A DNA stretch of 64,000 nucleotides from Candidatus Aenigmatarchaeota archaeon (lineage in GTDB: Archaea > Aenigmatarchaeota > Aenigmatarchaeia > GW2011-AR5): positions 800,001 to 864,000 of the forward strand of contig JACPJW010000001.1 in NCBI GenBank assembly GCA_016187335.1. The letters run 5' to 3'. A model generated the notes under the pieces. That model worked only from the letters and a program-made list of their open reading frames with translations. It had not been told where the DNA came from and ran no database searches. This document shows positions 54,508 to 64,000 of this stretch, one piece after another. The translations under genes were made by a program, and so were the position numbers. Position 1 is the stretch's first letter; the number at the start of each line of letters is the position of its first letter.

Positions 54508-56013
54508 ATGAAAATCTACAACACGCTGACAAGGCGGAAAGAAGATCTCGTGCCGCTGCAGGACAATACTGTGCGAATATACACGTGCGGCCCGACGGTT
54601 TACGATTACGCGCACATCGGCAACCTGCGCACGTACGTTTTCGAGGATGCCCTTGTCCGTGTTTTGGAATGGCTGGGATTCACCACACTGCGCGTGATGA
54701 ACATAACCGACGTCGGGCACCTGACCAGCGACGCCGACACTGGCGAGGACAAGATAGAAGTGGGCGCGCGCCGCGAAGGCAGGAGCGCGTGGGAAATTGC
54801 TGCTTTCTATACCGAAGCATTCCTCAGTGACATGAAAAAGCTGAGGATAAAGGAAGCCGATGTATTGTGCAAGGCAACCGACCACGTAAGCGAGATGATT
54901 CAGATTATACAGGAGCTGGAAAGGCGCGGATTCACTTACAAAATCTCCGACGGGATTTATTTTGACACCTCAAGGCTGAAGGATTACGGGAATATGGCGC
55001 TGGTTGATTTGGAGCAGTTAAAGGCGGGGGCGCGCGTCGAGATGGTTCCGGGCAAAAAGAATGCAACGGACTTCGCGCTGTGGAAATTAACGCCGAAACA
55101 GACCGACGCCGAAGGCGTCATGCGCCCTGTCAAAAGGCAAATGGAATGGGACTCGCCATGGGGCCGCGGCTTCCCCGGCTGGCACATCGAGTGCAGCGCC
55201 ATGTCAATGAAATATATCACGGACGCTTTTCTCAGCGGCGTATTCAAGCCTGAAAAATTCCAGACGATTGACGTTCACGGCGGAGGCGTTGACCACATAA
55301 ACGTTCATCACACCAACGAGATAGCGCAGAGCGAGGGGGCGACAGGCAAAAAATTCGTGAATTACTGGGTCCATGGGGAGTTCCTGCTGGTGGAAGGGCA
55401 GAAGATGGCAAAATCCCTCGGGAACCTTTATACTGTAGCTGATTTGGAAAAGAAAGGCTACAGCCCGCTGGCGTTCCGCCTGCTCTGCCTGATGTCCCAT
55501 TACCGCAACCAGATGAACTTCACCTTCAACGCATTGGACGACGCAGAAAAAAATTTGGAAACAGTGAACGATTTTTTCTGCAGGGTGGAAGATTACCTGA
55601 AATGGAGCGCCGTGCCCGAACTGAAAGAAGCGCCTTTGCTCGTGGAGGAATTCAGGGAAAAAATAAGGCTCAAGCTTGCGGACGACCTTAACACGCCGGA
55701 AGCTCTGGCGGTTTTCTTTGATTTCATGAGCGAAATAAACAAGCTGCTTGACAGGAACGTTCTTGGCAGGGAATCGCTCGGGCTTGTAAGGGATTTTGTT
55801 CTTGAATTAGATGATGTTTTCTGTTTCCTTCAGCCCAAGGGAGAGCTTACTGACGTTGAGCAGGACCTTCTGGAAAAAAGAGAAGCCGCGCGCGCCGCGA
55901 AGGACTACGAGAAATCAGACCACTACCGCGCCCGCTTGCGCAGCATGGGCGTTGTTCTGGAAGACACGCCGTATGGAACGAGATGGAGAAGAACGAAGTT
56001 TAAGGAAGAATAG
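54508..56013 (+). CDS. cysS: Cysteine--tRNA ligase
   Basis: YTCGPTVYDYAHIGNLR, NITDVGH, DFALWK, GFPGWHIECSAM, HGGGVD, KMAKS. Confidence 0.97.
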   Translation: MKIYNTLTRRKEDLVPLQDNTVRIYTCGPTVYDYAHIGNLRTYVFEDALVRVLEWLGFTTLRVMNITDVGHLTSDADTGEDKIEVGARREGRSAWEIAAFYTEAFLSDMKKLRIKEADVLCKATDHVSEMIQIIQELERRGFTYKISDGIYFDTSRLKDYGNMALVDLEQLKAGARVEMVPGKKNATDFALWKLTPKQTDAEGVMRPVKRQMEWDSPWGRGFPGWHIECSAMSMKYITDAFLSGVFKPEKFQTIDVHGGGVDHINVHHTNEIAQSEGATGKKFVNYWVHGEFLLVEGQKMAKSLGNLYTVADLEKKGYSPLAFRLLCLMSHYRNQMNFTFNALDDAEKNLETVNDFFCRVEDYLKWSAVPELKEAPLLVEEFREKIRLKLADDLNTPEALAVFFDFMSEINKLLDRNVLGRESLGLVRDFVLELDDVFCFLQPKGELTDVEQDLLEKREAARAAKDYEKSDHYRARLRSMGVVLEDTPYGTRWRRTKFKEE

Positions 56014-56045
56014 AAGATTTAAATAAATTAGTATACTTAGTATAC

Positions 56046-56303
56046 TTGGTGTTAAAAGTGGAAAAAACTATAAAAGTGGATGAACGCACTTACAAGCTTC
56101 TTAACGAGCTTGTCGGAGAGATAAGGGCTGAAGAAAAGAGGCCTGTTTCTATAAACGAGGCCCTTTCGCGGGTGCTGAAAGAAAAGAAAAAGCGTAATTT
56201 AATGGATTTCGCCGGGTCATGGTCGATGAGCGACAACGAAGCGAAAAAAATGAAGTCTGGGTTAAGAAAAGTGTGGTCTAAATGGAAGCCAAGGTCGTTC
56301 TAG
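56046..56303 (+). CDS. vapB: VapB-type antitoxin
   Basis: KTIKVDERTYKLL RHH-like; LMDFAGSW; overlaps the downstream PIN gene. Confidence 0.8.
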   Translation: MVLKVEKTIKVDERTYKLLNELVGEIRAEEKRPVSINEALSRVLKEKKKRNLMDFAGSWSMSDNEAKKMKSGLRKVWSKWKPRSF

Positions 56304-56677
56304 ACACATCAATCCTGATAGATTTCATCAGAAACAGGGACGGCGCTGTTTCTCTTGTAAAAAGGCTTTCAGAAAAGTATGATATCTGCACAACAGACAT
56401 AAATGTATTTGAACTCTATTACGGCGCTTACCTGAGCAAAGAAACAAGCAAAAACATGGCTGCGGTGAAAGGAATTATTAATACCATACTTGTTTTCAGC
56501 ACTTCACCGGAGAGCGTGGAGATATCGGCAAAAATACTGGCAGAATTGGACAGGAAAGGCCAAAAGATTGAAATCAAGGATATACTTGTGGCTGGCATTT
56601 GCATGGTAAATTCTTGCATTGTAGCAACGCATAACAAGCAGCACTTTGAACGGATGGGCGTAAAATTAATAGAATAA
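56282..56677 (+). CDS. vapC: PIN-domain toxin (VapC)
   Basis: VVLDTSILID, NVFELYYGA, KDILVAGIC, THNKQHF. Confidence 0.92.
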   Translation: MEAKVVLDTSILIDFIRNRDGAVSLVKRLSEKYDICTTDINVFELYYGAYLSKETSKNMAAVKGIINTILVFSTSPESVEISAKILAELDRKGQKIEIKDILVAGICMVNSCIVATHNKQHFERMGVKLIE

Positions 56678-56699
56678 GGAATTCATGGGGGAATAATTC

Positions 56700-57002
56700 A
56701 TGCGCTCGCGCAGCAAGCCGGAATACCAGCTGAAGATAGCAAGGGAGCGGATACAGATACTGTTTGATGAAGCTGAGCATGCCGAAGACCCGAAGCTCGC
56801 GAAGCGGTACATCGAGCTGGCGCGAAAAATCGGCATGCGCTACAACGTCAGGATACCAAGGGACCTGAAAAGGAAATACTGCAGGCACTGCGGGGCATTT
56901 TTAAGGTACGGCGCCAACGCAAGACACAGCGTCAGGAAAGGCGTAGTAACTATTAAATGCTTTTCCTGTCAAAGTGAAATGCACTATCCGTACGGGAAGT
57001 AA
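56700..57002 (+). CDS. rnp4: RNase P protein Rpp21
   Basis: IARERIQILF, YCRHC...KCFSC. Confidence 0.92.
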   Translation: MRSRSKPEYQLKIARERIQILFDEAEHAEDPKLAKRYIELARKIGMRYNVRIPRDLKRKYCRHCGAFLRYGANARHSVRKGVVTIKCFSCQSEMHYPYGK

Positions 57003-57017
57003 AGTGGAAAGATTGAT

Positions 57018-57428
57018 ATGGTTTCAGCAAGAGACGCAGAACCGCAAAGGCTCATCGAAAGTACAGCGGAAGAGCTGAAAAAAACCTTGAAAAGACCTGG
57101 CTGGGCCGATTACGTAAAGACCGGTGTATCGCGGGAGCGCCCGCCCGAGGACGCTGACTGGTGGTATATGCGCGCCGCATCCGTGCTGAGAAAGGTTTAT
57201 GTTGACGGCCCTGTTGGCGTGTCGCGGCTGCGCAGCTTTTACGGCGGCCTGCACAGGAGGGGGCACAAGCCTGCGCATTTCGCCAAGGGCGGCGGGAAGG
57301 TTGTGCGTGTCATCCTGCAGGACCTGGAAAAAGCCGGCTTTGTGAAGCAGGCCGAGAAGAGGAAAGGGCGTATAATCACCCCGGCCGGCCAGAAGTTCCT
57401 GAACGGTGTCGCGAAAAACACTAAATGA
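57018..57428 (+). CDS. rps19e: 30S ribosomal protein S19e
   Basis: WADYVKTG..RERPP...WWYMRAASVLRKVY, YGG, GRIITPAGQ. Confidence 0.96.
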   Translation: MVSARDAEPQRLIESTAEELKKTLKRPGWADYVKTGVSRERPPEDADWWYMRAASVLRKVYVDGPVGVSRLRSFYGGLHRRGHKPAHFAKGGGKVVRVILQDLEKAGFVKQAEKRKGRIITPAGQKFLNGVAKNTK

Positions 57429-57761
57429 TTGCTGTAACTCCTTCTGCAATAATTTTATTTGTTCTGAAATCCAAAAGGTAAGCATCCGAGTGATGCCTTT
57501 GATAAGACACAATCCATATCCGGCACAAAATATCCCTGACATTCCGTATGTAGAAGGTTTCTGTCAAGAAAGGCATTTGCTTTATACGAGAAATTTTCCA
57601 CATGCACGTTCATATATGGGTGACAGGACCGCCGTAGAAAAAGTTCTTTTTCACAGGAGCTTGAGAAAATATTGTCACAAGCCGGATATTTCTCGATGGG
57701 AAAAACATTGGAGTTTCCGATGGATATAGACCTTTTTAAAACCTTTGCGGCCATCTTTTGA
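57425..57761 (+). pseudogene. Possible decayed orphan between rps19e and PDCD5
   Basis: ATG overlaps the rps19e stop (ATGA); a second frame with two internal TGA ends 1 nt before the PDCD5 ATG; length 3n+1. Confidence 0.35.
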
Positions 57762-57762
57762 T

Positions 57763-58098
57763 ATGCCCACGGAAGAAGAACTGAAAAGGAAGATATTGCA
57801 GCAGCGCATGCTTGAGCAGCAACAGCATGCGCTTCAGGAGCATATGCAGGCACAGGCGCAGCAGCAGCAAATGGAAGAAGTCCTGCGCGTCATAAAGATG
57901 CAGGTCCTGGAGCCGAAGGCCCGCGAGCGCCTGGCAAACCTGAAGCTGGTCAAGCCGGAGCTGGCAACGCAGCTTGAGCTTTATCTGGCCCAGCTTTACC
58001 AGTCCGGCCAGATACGCGGAAAAATCAATGATGAGCAGATGGTCTCAATCTTAAAAAAGATTTCCGAGAAGAAAGAATACAGGATAAAGAGGAAATAG
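57763..58098 (+). CDS. PDCD5-like DNA-binding protein
   Basis: Gln-rich helix, LEPKARERLANLKLVKPELA, KINDEQMVSILKKI; start re-assigned to ATG 57763. Confidence 0.92.
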   Translation: MPTEEELKRKILQQRMLEQQQHALQEHMQAQAQQQQMEEVLRVIKMQVLEPKARERLANLKLVKPELATQLELYLAQLYQSGQIRGKINDEQMVSILKKISEKKEYRIKRK

Positions 58099-58151
58099 CC
58101 TGGATTTAAAGATGCGCTAACAATTCTGTTACGCTTTTGAAAGTGATATTC

Positions 58152-58316
58152 ATGGGCTCAAAAAAAACATTGTGGCAGAAAATAAAGCTGATAGCGTCCA
58201 GAAGAAGCAACGCGCCGCGCTGGGCGGACATAAAGAAGTTCGGGCTGAAAAGAGCCAGAGGCCGCCGCATCGCTGCGGTTACCAAGCACTGGCGCCGCGG
58301 CAGGAACAAGATATAG
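58152..58316 (+). CDS. rpl39e: 50S ribosomal protein L39e (not in the ORF track)
   Basis: MGSKKTLWQKIKLIASRRSNAPRWADIKKFGLKRARGRRIAAVTKHWRRGRNKI; lies before L31e. Confidence 0.85.
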   Translation: MGSKKTLWQKIKLIASRRSNAPRWADIKKFGLKRARGRRIAAVTKHWRRGRNKI

Positions 58317-58404
58317 AAAACCGGAAGCAAAAGTTCGGCTTATGTTCCAACGGCAACTGACGTTTTGAAATTAGGAAACTAGAAGCTTTTCCGTCCTGAC
58401 AAGA

Positions 58405-58803
58405 GTGGTTCTCATGCCTGAAGAAAAAATCTACACGATACCGATTCGCGCAGAAAAGAAAACGCGCGTAAAGAGAAGCGCGCACGCTGTAAGGATTGTC
58501 CGCGCCTTTTTGAAAAAGCACTCTAAAGCTGACGAAATAAAGCTTGGCAGAAAGCTCAACGAAGCTGTATGGAGCAGGGGTGCAAAGAAGCCGCCTTCTT
58601 CCGTGCGCGTCAAAGCAGTGAAAGACGCCGGCGTCGTGCGCGCAGAGCTGCTCGGCTTCGATTACGAGGAATTCCGCGCGAAACCCAAGGAAGAAAAGAA
58701 GGGCATGAAGGAGCGGCTGATGGAACGCCTGGGCCCGAAGGCGCAGCAGAAGCAGGAACTGGAAGAAAAGATAGAGGGGAAAGCTGAGGAAAAGAATGAA
58801 TAA
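58405..58803 (+). CDS. rpl31e: 50S ribosomal protein L31e
   Basis: IYTIPIR, RSAHAVRIVRAFL, LNEAVWSRGAKKPP; charged C-terminal extension. Confidence 0.93.
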   Translation: MVLMPEEKIYTIPIRAEKKTRVKRSAHAVRIVRAFLKKHSKADEIKLGRKLNEAVWSRGAKKPPSSVRVKAVKDAGVVRAELLGFDYEEFRAKPKEEKKGMKERLMERLGPKAQQKQELEEKIEGKAEEKNE

Positions 58804-58852
58804 GTTACTATAAAGTAGTGACTTTAAGTACTTTTATTCTAAACTTGTTATC

Positions 58853-59950
58853 ATGGCATCACAGTTTGTAGAAAGAAAAGATTATTTAGTCGGAAAATTG
58901 CTGGATGGCAACAGAGTTTTATATGAATTTTTTGAAGTGGTGATTTCTAGAAAAAGTACTGACCCGTTTCAAGTAGCTGAAAATCTTATACGTCATTATA
59001 ATCTTACTCCAAATCAACAGAAATATTTGCGCAGAATTGCTGACAGAACACAAAGAGCAAAAAGAGTTATTTCTTATCTTGAAAAAAGATTTGGAATTAA
59101 CAGAGAGGGATATTTCGATAATCCAGAAGAAGTTTATAGATTTATGCATAGTGGCAAAGAACCACCAAAGCCGGTTTTGAATGCAAAACCTTATTCTATA
59201 GCTGTTGGGTTTGAACATGTTGAATGGGTTTATCAAAATATATTAGGTTATGCCGGACGAGGAAGTGTGGATATTGATTCTTTGGACTCAGATGAAAATC
59301 TTAGAAGAACTTTCAAAAGAGCAATTAAAGGCGATGATAGAAGTTTTGAAATGTTATCATTTTCTTATCGCACGCCAGAACAAAGACATAGAATTTTAGA
59401 ACAAGAATTTCTAGATTATTTAGGAACAGATGAAAGTGCAGATGTCAAGGCACTAAAACATGGTGTTCGTCGTACTGTATTACATGAGATAAGACATGTT
59501 ATAAATAGAATAATTTCACCAGAAAATTATTATTCAGAAGAAATAAGTGCTCGTTTATACGAAAGAGGTGGTGACCTTTTGAGTGTTTATACCGGATTTG
59601 ACCAAGAAATTGAAAAGGCTAAAAAAATGGCAGAAAAACTTATAAATGAACATGAAATGAGATTGAAAAGACTGATTGAGCAAGGAGCACCACCTATTAT
59701 TGTTGAAAGATCAAATAAGCGACTTCCCGAATTAAGAGAAAGGGGAAAGAAAGATGTAGAAGATATAACCAGTTGGGAAGATCTTACAAGGCAGATTTTA
59801 GGAAGTCTTAGATGGAATAGTACTTATAGAAGAGAACTTTCATACTTTTTCACTACAACGCCCCAAGAAAAAACAAGACACAGACTGGAACTAATAAGAG
59901 ATTATTTACCTAGAAGGATAAAACGAAAAGGCAAAAGTATTAAACATTAA
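58853..59950 (+). CDS. AT-rich orphan with a HExxH zincin motif
   Basis: 365 aa; TVLHEIRHVINR...SEE. Confidence 0.65.
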   Translation: MASQFVERKDYLVGKLLDGNRVLYEFFEVVISRKSTDPFQVAENLIRHYNLTPNQQKYLRRIADRTQRAKRVISYLEKRFGINREGYFDNPEEVYRFMHSGKEPPKPVLNAKPYSIAVGFEHVEWVYQNILGYAGRGSVDIDSLDSDENLRRTFKRAIKGDDRSFEMLSFSYRTPEQRHRILEQEFLDYLGTDESADVKALKHGVRRTVLHEIRHVINRIISPENYYSEEISARLYERGGDLLSVYTGFDQEIEKAKKMAEKLINEHEMRLKRLIEQGAPPIIVERSNKRLPELRERGKKDVEDITSWEDLTRQILGSLRWNSTYRRELSYFFTTTPQEKTRHRLELIRDYLPRRIKRKGKSIKH

Positions 59951-60009
59951 TTTTTCTATATCAAGTCCTAGGAGAATTCTTTTATAAGCCTTTAATAAAA
60001 ATAATACTC

Positions 60010-60465
60010 ATGCTCGCGAAAGCGACGGTTTCGCCGGGAGTTCACAGAGGATCAGGCCTCATAAAGAAATATGCGCCACGCCTCAGGAGTATCATAGGGT
60101 TCAAGCCTTTCCCGGGAACCATGAACCTGAAAATAGAAAGAAAGATCAGCTTCAGGCTGTACGCCACGCAGACAATCGGTCATCTCCTTCTGAGCGGCCA
60201 CAGCTACGTGGAGGCATACCTTGCGCCCGCGCGGCTGCATATCCGCGGAGAAAGCTACGACTGCTGGGGTTTCTGGCCTTTCGTGCAGGACAGGACAACG
60301 CAGCGGAACGAAGTGGAAATAATAGCCCGTGACAATCTTCACGAAAAATTCAAGCTCGAGGACGGTGACGAAGTTACATTGGAGCTGCTTGAGCACCCCG
60401 GCAGGCCGAAGAAGGATGGCATCCTGAAAGGGCTTTTCAGGAACGAGACGAGAATTTCAAGGTAA
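60010..60465 (+). CDS. ribK: CTP-dependent riboflavin kinase-like (DUF120), no HTH
   Basis: IGFKPFPGTMNL, VEIIA..NL...FKLEDGDEV; the N-terminal glycine motif is divergent. Confidence 0.7.
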   Translation: MLAKATVSPGVHRGSGLIKKYAPRLRSIIGFKPFPGTMNLKIERKISFRLYATQTIGHLLLSGHSYVEAYLAPARLHIRGESYDCWGFWPFVQDRTTQRNEVEIIARDNLHEKFKLEDGDEVTLELLEHPGRPKKDGILKGLFRNETRISR

Positions 60466-60572
60466 AAATCAAAACGGAATGTAATTTACCATTCATTTCC
60501 TGGCATAAACTTTGCTTTCTTCTTTTGAATTTTTCAGACTTAAAAAACTGACTGTTCATTATCTTTCTGAAC

Positions 60573-61226
60573 ATGTTCCTGAAAACGTCTGTGAGGGGGG
60601 ACCCCAACATAGGGCTGTACGGCTTTGCAACCGACAAGTACGCTTTTTTCGGTGCAAATCCGGAAAAGAAGGTAAAGGAAATTTTAGGCGTGAAAATCGT
60701 GACCTCGACGACAATGCACACGGATTTCGCCGGGATGTTCGCTGCAGGAAATTCTTCGGGCATTGTCGTGCCTGGAATCCTTGAAGAATACGAGCTGCCC
60801 CGTCTTCGCAGGCATTTCAGGGATGTACTTGTCCTTGAAACAAATTACACGGCACTGGGAAACCTGATTCTCATGAACGACGCCGGCATTGTCCTCTCCC
60901 CGCTGCTGAGGAAGCACAAAGCCGCTGTAGAAAGGTTTTTCGGCCTGAACGCCGAGACAGCAACAATAGCGGGAATAAATCTTGTCGGTTCCGTGGCGAT
61001 AGCAACAAACAAAGGATGCCTTGCCCACCCGAAAATAAGGGAAAAGGAAGCCGCCATTGTCGAGAAAACGCTTGGTGTCCAGCTGAATGTCGGCACGGTG
61101 AATTTCGGCTCGCGCTTCGTGAAGGCGGGCGTCATTGCGAACAGTTCAGGCTTCCTTGCTTCCAAGAGCACCTCCGGCTCCGAGCTCGGCAGGATAAACG
61201 AGGCGCTGGGCTTTCTGAAAGCTTAA
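60573..61226 (+). CDS. eif6: Translation initiation factor aIF-6
   Basis: GDPNIGLYGFATD, GNLILMND, GSVAIATNKG, GTVNFGS, TSGSELGRI. Confidence 0.95.
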   Translation: MFLKTSVRGDPNIGLYGFATDKYAFFGANPEKKVKEILGVKIVTSTTMHTDFAGMFAAGNSSGIVVPGILEEYELPRLRRHFRDVLVLETNYTALGNLILMNDAGIVLSPLLRKHKAAVERFFGLNAETATIAGINLVGSVAIATNKGCLAHPKIREKEAAIVEKTLGVQLNVGTVNFGSRFVKAGVIANSSGFLASKSTSGSELGRINEALGFLKA

Positions 61227-61251
61227 ATAAACTGGAGTTATTTTTCTGATA

Positions 61252-61728
61252 ATGGGAATGGCAAATTATATGAGAGTAACTCCACCGGCAAGTCCGGTAA
61301 TTATAAGAACAATTTTACAAGTTCTTCCAGAGCCTTCTTCAGTAGAAGTTCATTTATCAGGTAATTTAGATTATTCCTCTATTTCAAAACAGGTTGGGGA
61401 AATACTTCCAGGTGTAGAAATTTACAAGGGTCATGATTTTTATTTAAAGGATCCTGAAAAAGAAACTATTTTTGACATTTTCTTGCCATCCAGCGGGAGT
61501 GCTAACGCTGAACGTCATAGTGTAAGAGGAATCCAATTAATAAAAGCTACTTGGTACATACCAGACCTAATGGCTTATGATCTTAGACATCCTAGCAGTG
61601 CCCATATAGAGCTGACGCCTTATGAACTCAGCATAAGTTACAACAGCCCAATGCCCGACTACGTTTCCAAACTCGTACAAAAGATTAGGAGAGGAAAAGT
61701 TGCACTTAAATTTGAACTTAGTTCTTAA
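61252..61728 (+). CDS. Hypothetical protein (AT-rich orphan)
   Basis: 158-aa ORF directly after aIF-6. Confidence 0.55.
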   Translation: MGMANYMRVTPPASPVIIRTILQVLPEPSSVEVHLSGNLDYSSISKQVGEILPGVEIYKGHDFYLKDPEKETIFDIFLPSSGSANAERHSVRGIQLIKATWYIPDLMAYDLRHPSSAHIELTPYELSISYNSPMPDYVSKLVQKIRRGKVALKFELSS

Positions 61729-61737
61729 TTATCAAGA

Positions 61738-62028
61738 TTAAACTCTGAAAATCCTTTCAATGATTTCTTTCTTTCCTTTGTGCTTGTAATAAAAGCCAAG
61801 CGCCGCCCGGTAAAGCCTGTAATTCCCGTAGGGCATTATTTCCCATGAAAAGGTCTGGAATTTCTTGTGCCACAGAAGCCTGAAAATCAGGTAGTCTTTT
61901 TTTGATTTCCCGAACTTCTCGGCTTCCTCGACCTTTTCAAACATCCTTGAGTGAATCCTTCTTGTGTTCCTGGTTACCCAGACGACCTTTATGGTTCCTT
62001 TTTCTATTGCCATACTATCCTCGTGCAT
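61738..62028 (-). CDS. Hypothetical basic protein
   Basis: 96-aa ORF with core-type codon usage. Confidence 0.6.
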   Translation of the reverse strand: MHEDSMAIEKGTIKVVWVTRNTRRIHSRMFEKVEEAEKFGKSKKDYLIFRLLWHKKFQTFSWEIMPYGNYRLYRAALGFYYKHKGKKEIIERIFRV

Positions 62029-62087
62029 TATCTAACTGTAATATCTTAAAAAGAAAGAGGGTCAAGGGAGAAAGGCTTTTCTCCTTG

Positions 62088-62405
62088 TTACCAGTGGCTG
62101 ACTTTCTTGGACGATGACTTCATCTCAATGTCTTCCTCGACGTACCACAGCTCCTTGTGACGGTAAAGGAAAAAGCTTCCTACCATCAGGGAAGTTCCCG
62201 ACACTACAAGGACCATTCCTTCCAGCGAGAACAGGGGGATGTTGTAAAGGTAGGAGAAAACGATGAAATGCGCGTCAAAAAGGTAAATTCCTGTGGACAT
62301 GAAAATCCATATGTATTTGTATTTGTTGGAAAGCTGCGCGACGTACGAAAGGACAAAGGCCGATATAAGGTATTCAATAAAGGCCACTATAATCGCTGTT
62401 GCCAT
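62088..62405 (-). CDS. Small three-TM membrane protein
   Basis: 105 aa, hydrophobic. Confidence 0.65.
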   Translation of the reverse strand: MATAIIVAFIEYLISAFVLSYVAQLSNKYKYIWIFMSTGIYLFDAHFIVFSYLYNIPLFSLEGMVLVVSGTSLMVGSFFLYRHKELWYVEEDIEMKSSSKKVSHW

Positions 62406-62507
62406 TCTTACATCTTCCCGCTACAAAGACTATTTTCTCGGCCCTTATTTAAAGATTTATAAAAACTTTTACAGCAAAGCCGGAAATGCAGCATTCCGTC
62501 CGCTGAG

Positions 62508-62954
62508 GTGGATATCATGCCCAACGAAAAAGAGATACAGAAAAAATACATCCAGGCCCAGCTGCTCAAGCAGCAGATAAACGCCATGATAGAGCAGAAA
62601 AGCGCTATAGATGAAAAGCTCGGCGAAATGGCCGTTTCCCTGGACGCCATAAGCAAGCTGGAAGAAATAAGGAAAGGCGAGGAGATATGGTCTTCCGTGG
62701 GCGGCGGCGTGTTCGTGAGGAGCGACATAAAGGACACTGAAAGCATCCTTGTGAGCGTCGGTGCCGGGGTTGTTGCCAAAAAATCGCGGCAAAGGGCCTC
62801 GGAAATCCTGAAAGAAAGGATGGTCGAGCTGAAAAAGGCGGATTTGCAGATAATGGAAGAAGTGACCAGCTATGCGCACCAGATCGAGGAGCTGGAAGGG
62901 GAAATGGAATCCATGATGGAAGAGCAAGAAGGGAAAAAAAGCAGGAAGAAATGA
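62508..62954 (+). CDS. pfdA: Prefoldin alpha subunit
   Basis: Coiled coil / beta hairpins (SVGGGVFV, VSVGAGVV) / coiled coil; precedes ftsY. Confidence 0.92.
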   Translation: MDIMPNEKEIQKKYIQAQLLKQQINAMIEQKSAIDEKLGEMAVSLDAISKLEEIRKGEEIWSSVGGGVFVRSDIKDTESILVSVGAGVVAKKSRQRASEILKERMVELKKADLQIMEEVTSYAHQIEELEGEMESMMEEQEGKKSRKK

Positions 62955-63078
62955 GGCGCCTTTGATTCTTGGCATTGAAACGTCGTTCTCGGATTTCTTT
63001 TATAAACATTCTCCTGATACTTAATTAAAATAAAATGGTCTGGACAGAATTGCTTTGCAATTCTGGGTAGTGATACTT

Positions 63079-64000
63079 ATGTTCGGCGCTTTGAAGAAAA
63101 AACTGCAGGAAGCAATAAGCAGGATTACGGGCAAGGAAAAGCCGGCTGAAGAGGAAAAGCCAAAGCCACAAGAAACGACGGTGGAACCGAAACAGCCTGA
63201 AGTTCCTTCGAAACTTCCTTCTGCCCAAGATCTTCTTGAAGAGAAAACAGAAGGGAGAGAAGAGAAACCAGGGCAGCCGGAAGAAATCAAAAAGGAAGAG
63301 GCGAAGCCTTTTGTCTTGGAAAAAGAAGAAAAGCCGCTGATAAAAGAAGTTGACGAAATTCTTGAAGAAGAGAAGCTTCCTGTTACGGAAAAAGAGGAAA
63401 AAGAACGGCTGGGCAGGAGAGAAGAGCTGAAACCGGAGCCTGTTCTGGAAGAAGAAAAGCCCGGATTTTTTTCCGGTCTGCTGAGGAAAGTCACGAAGAA
63501 GGTAACGGAAAAAACGCTTGGCGGCGAGGAAATTGACAAGTTCCTGAAAGATTTGCAGTTAGCGCTGCTTGAAAACGACGTTTCAATGGAAACAGCAGAA
63601 CGGATATGCGAAGAAGTGAAGCAGCAGCTGAGCGGCAAAAGCGTGAGGCGCGGCGATGTTGAAAAGGAAATAAAGTCAGCGTTGCGCAGCGCCATGCTCG
63701 ACGTGATGCAACAGCCTGAACTGGATTTGGAAAAAATGATAGAAGAAAAAGGCGGCAGCCCGCTGCTTGTGGTGTTCTTCGGCTTCAACGGCACCGGAAA
63801 AACTACAAGCATAGCAAAGCTTGCGCACAGGCTGAAGCAGTACAGGCCCGTGATTGCCGCAGGCGATACGTTCCGCGCGGCGAGCATCGAGCAGCTGGAG
63901 GAGCACGGCCGCAGGCTTGGCGTTGATGTTGTAAAGCACAAATACGGCGCTGACAGCGCTGCGGTGATTTTTGACGCCGTGAAGCATGCATCAGCAGTTG
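63079..64000 (+). CDS. ftsY: Signal recognition particle receptor FtsY (partial, runs off the window)
   Basis: Manual translation MFGALKKKLQ...acidic linker...LLENDVS...FGFNGTGKTTSIAKLA...AAGDTFRAASIEQL...KYGADSAAVIFDA. Confidence 0.95.
   Translation, partial: MFGALKKKLQEAISRITGKEKPAEEEKPKPQETTVEPKQPEVPSKLPSAQDLLEEKTEGREEKPGQPEEIKKEEAKPFVLEKEEKPLIKEVDEILEEEKLPVTEKEEKERLGRREELKPEPVLEEEKPGFFSGLLRKVTKKVTEKTLGGEEIDKFLKDLQLALLENDVSMETAERICEEVKQQLSGKSVRRGDVEKEIKSALRSAMLDVMQQPELDLEKMIEEKGGSPLLVVFFGFNGTGKTTSIAKLAHRLKQYRPVIAAGDTFRAASIEQLEEHGRRLGVDVVKHKYGADSAAVIFDAVKHASAV

Noticed and set aside
63079-63480. Long Glu/Lys/Pro-rich N-terminal region of FtsY as a novelty
   Set aside because: Variable acidic A-domains are a known feature of FtsY

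Overview
Archaeal chromosomal window. Markers are Mre11-Rad50, PCNA, RPA small subunit, Rpp21, S19e, L39e, L31e, aIF6, prefoldin alpha and FtsY, with GGTGA-type ribosome-binding sites. The compact, mosaic layout suggests a DPANN-type archaeon (inference). Core content: DNA repair and replication genes, 2-oxoacid:ferredoxin oxidoreductase, CTP synthase, an Fe-S/iron block (Mrp/ApbC, PadR, sufC-B-D-S-U, FTR1, Rieske and dicluster ferredoxins), cysS, two VapBC pairs and a translation operon. Many AT-richer orphan genes are interleaved, and several sit exactly at stop/start overlaps inside conserved operons. I found no rRNA, tRNA, CRISPR array, transposase or integrase. The most striking non-coding signal is a family of modular, nested palindromic elements with compensatory base changes. 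Copies lie at about 16.9, 20.1 and 40.0 kb, with shared modules at 4.6, 11.4, 11.8 and 21.3 kb. Several carry GAA triloops and IS200/IS605-like GACTTTAGTC hairpins, and two inverted copies bracket a 3.1 kb cassette with a toxin-antitoxin pair. A second dispersed hairpin+ATCAAAA motif occurs about 10 times. Other highlights: a GGDEF protein in an archaeon, a divergent proteasome-like Ntn protein, TFIIB-like Zn-ribbon microproteins beside a TrmB regulator, a 33-aa poly-acidic microprotein, a Cys/His-tailed PadR in front of suf, and two pseudogenes. All family assignments come from motif recognition, not database searches.
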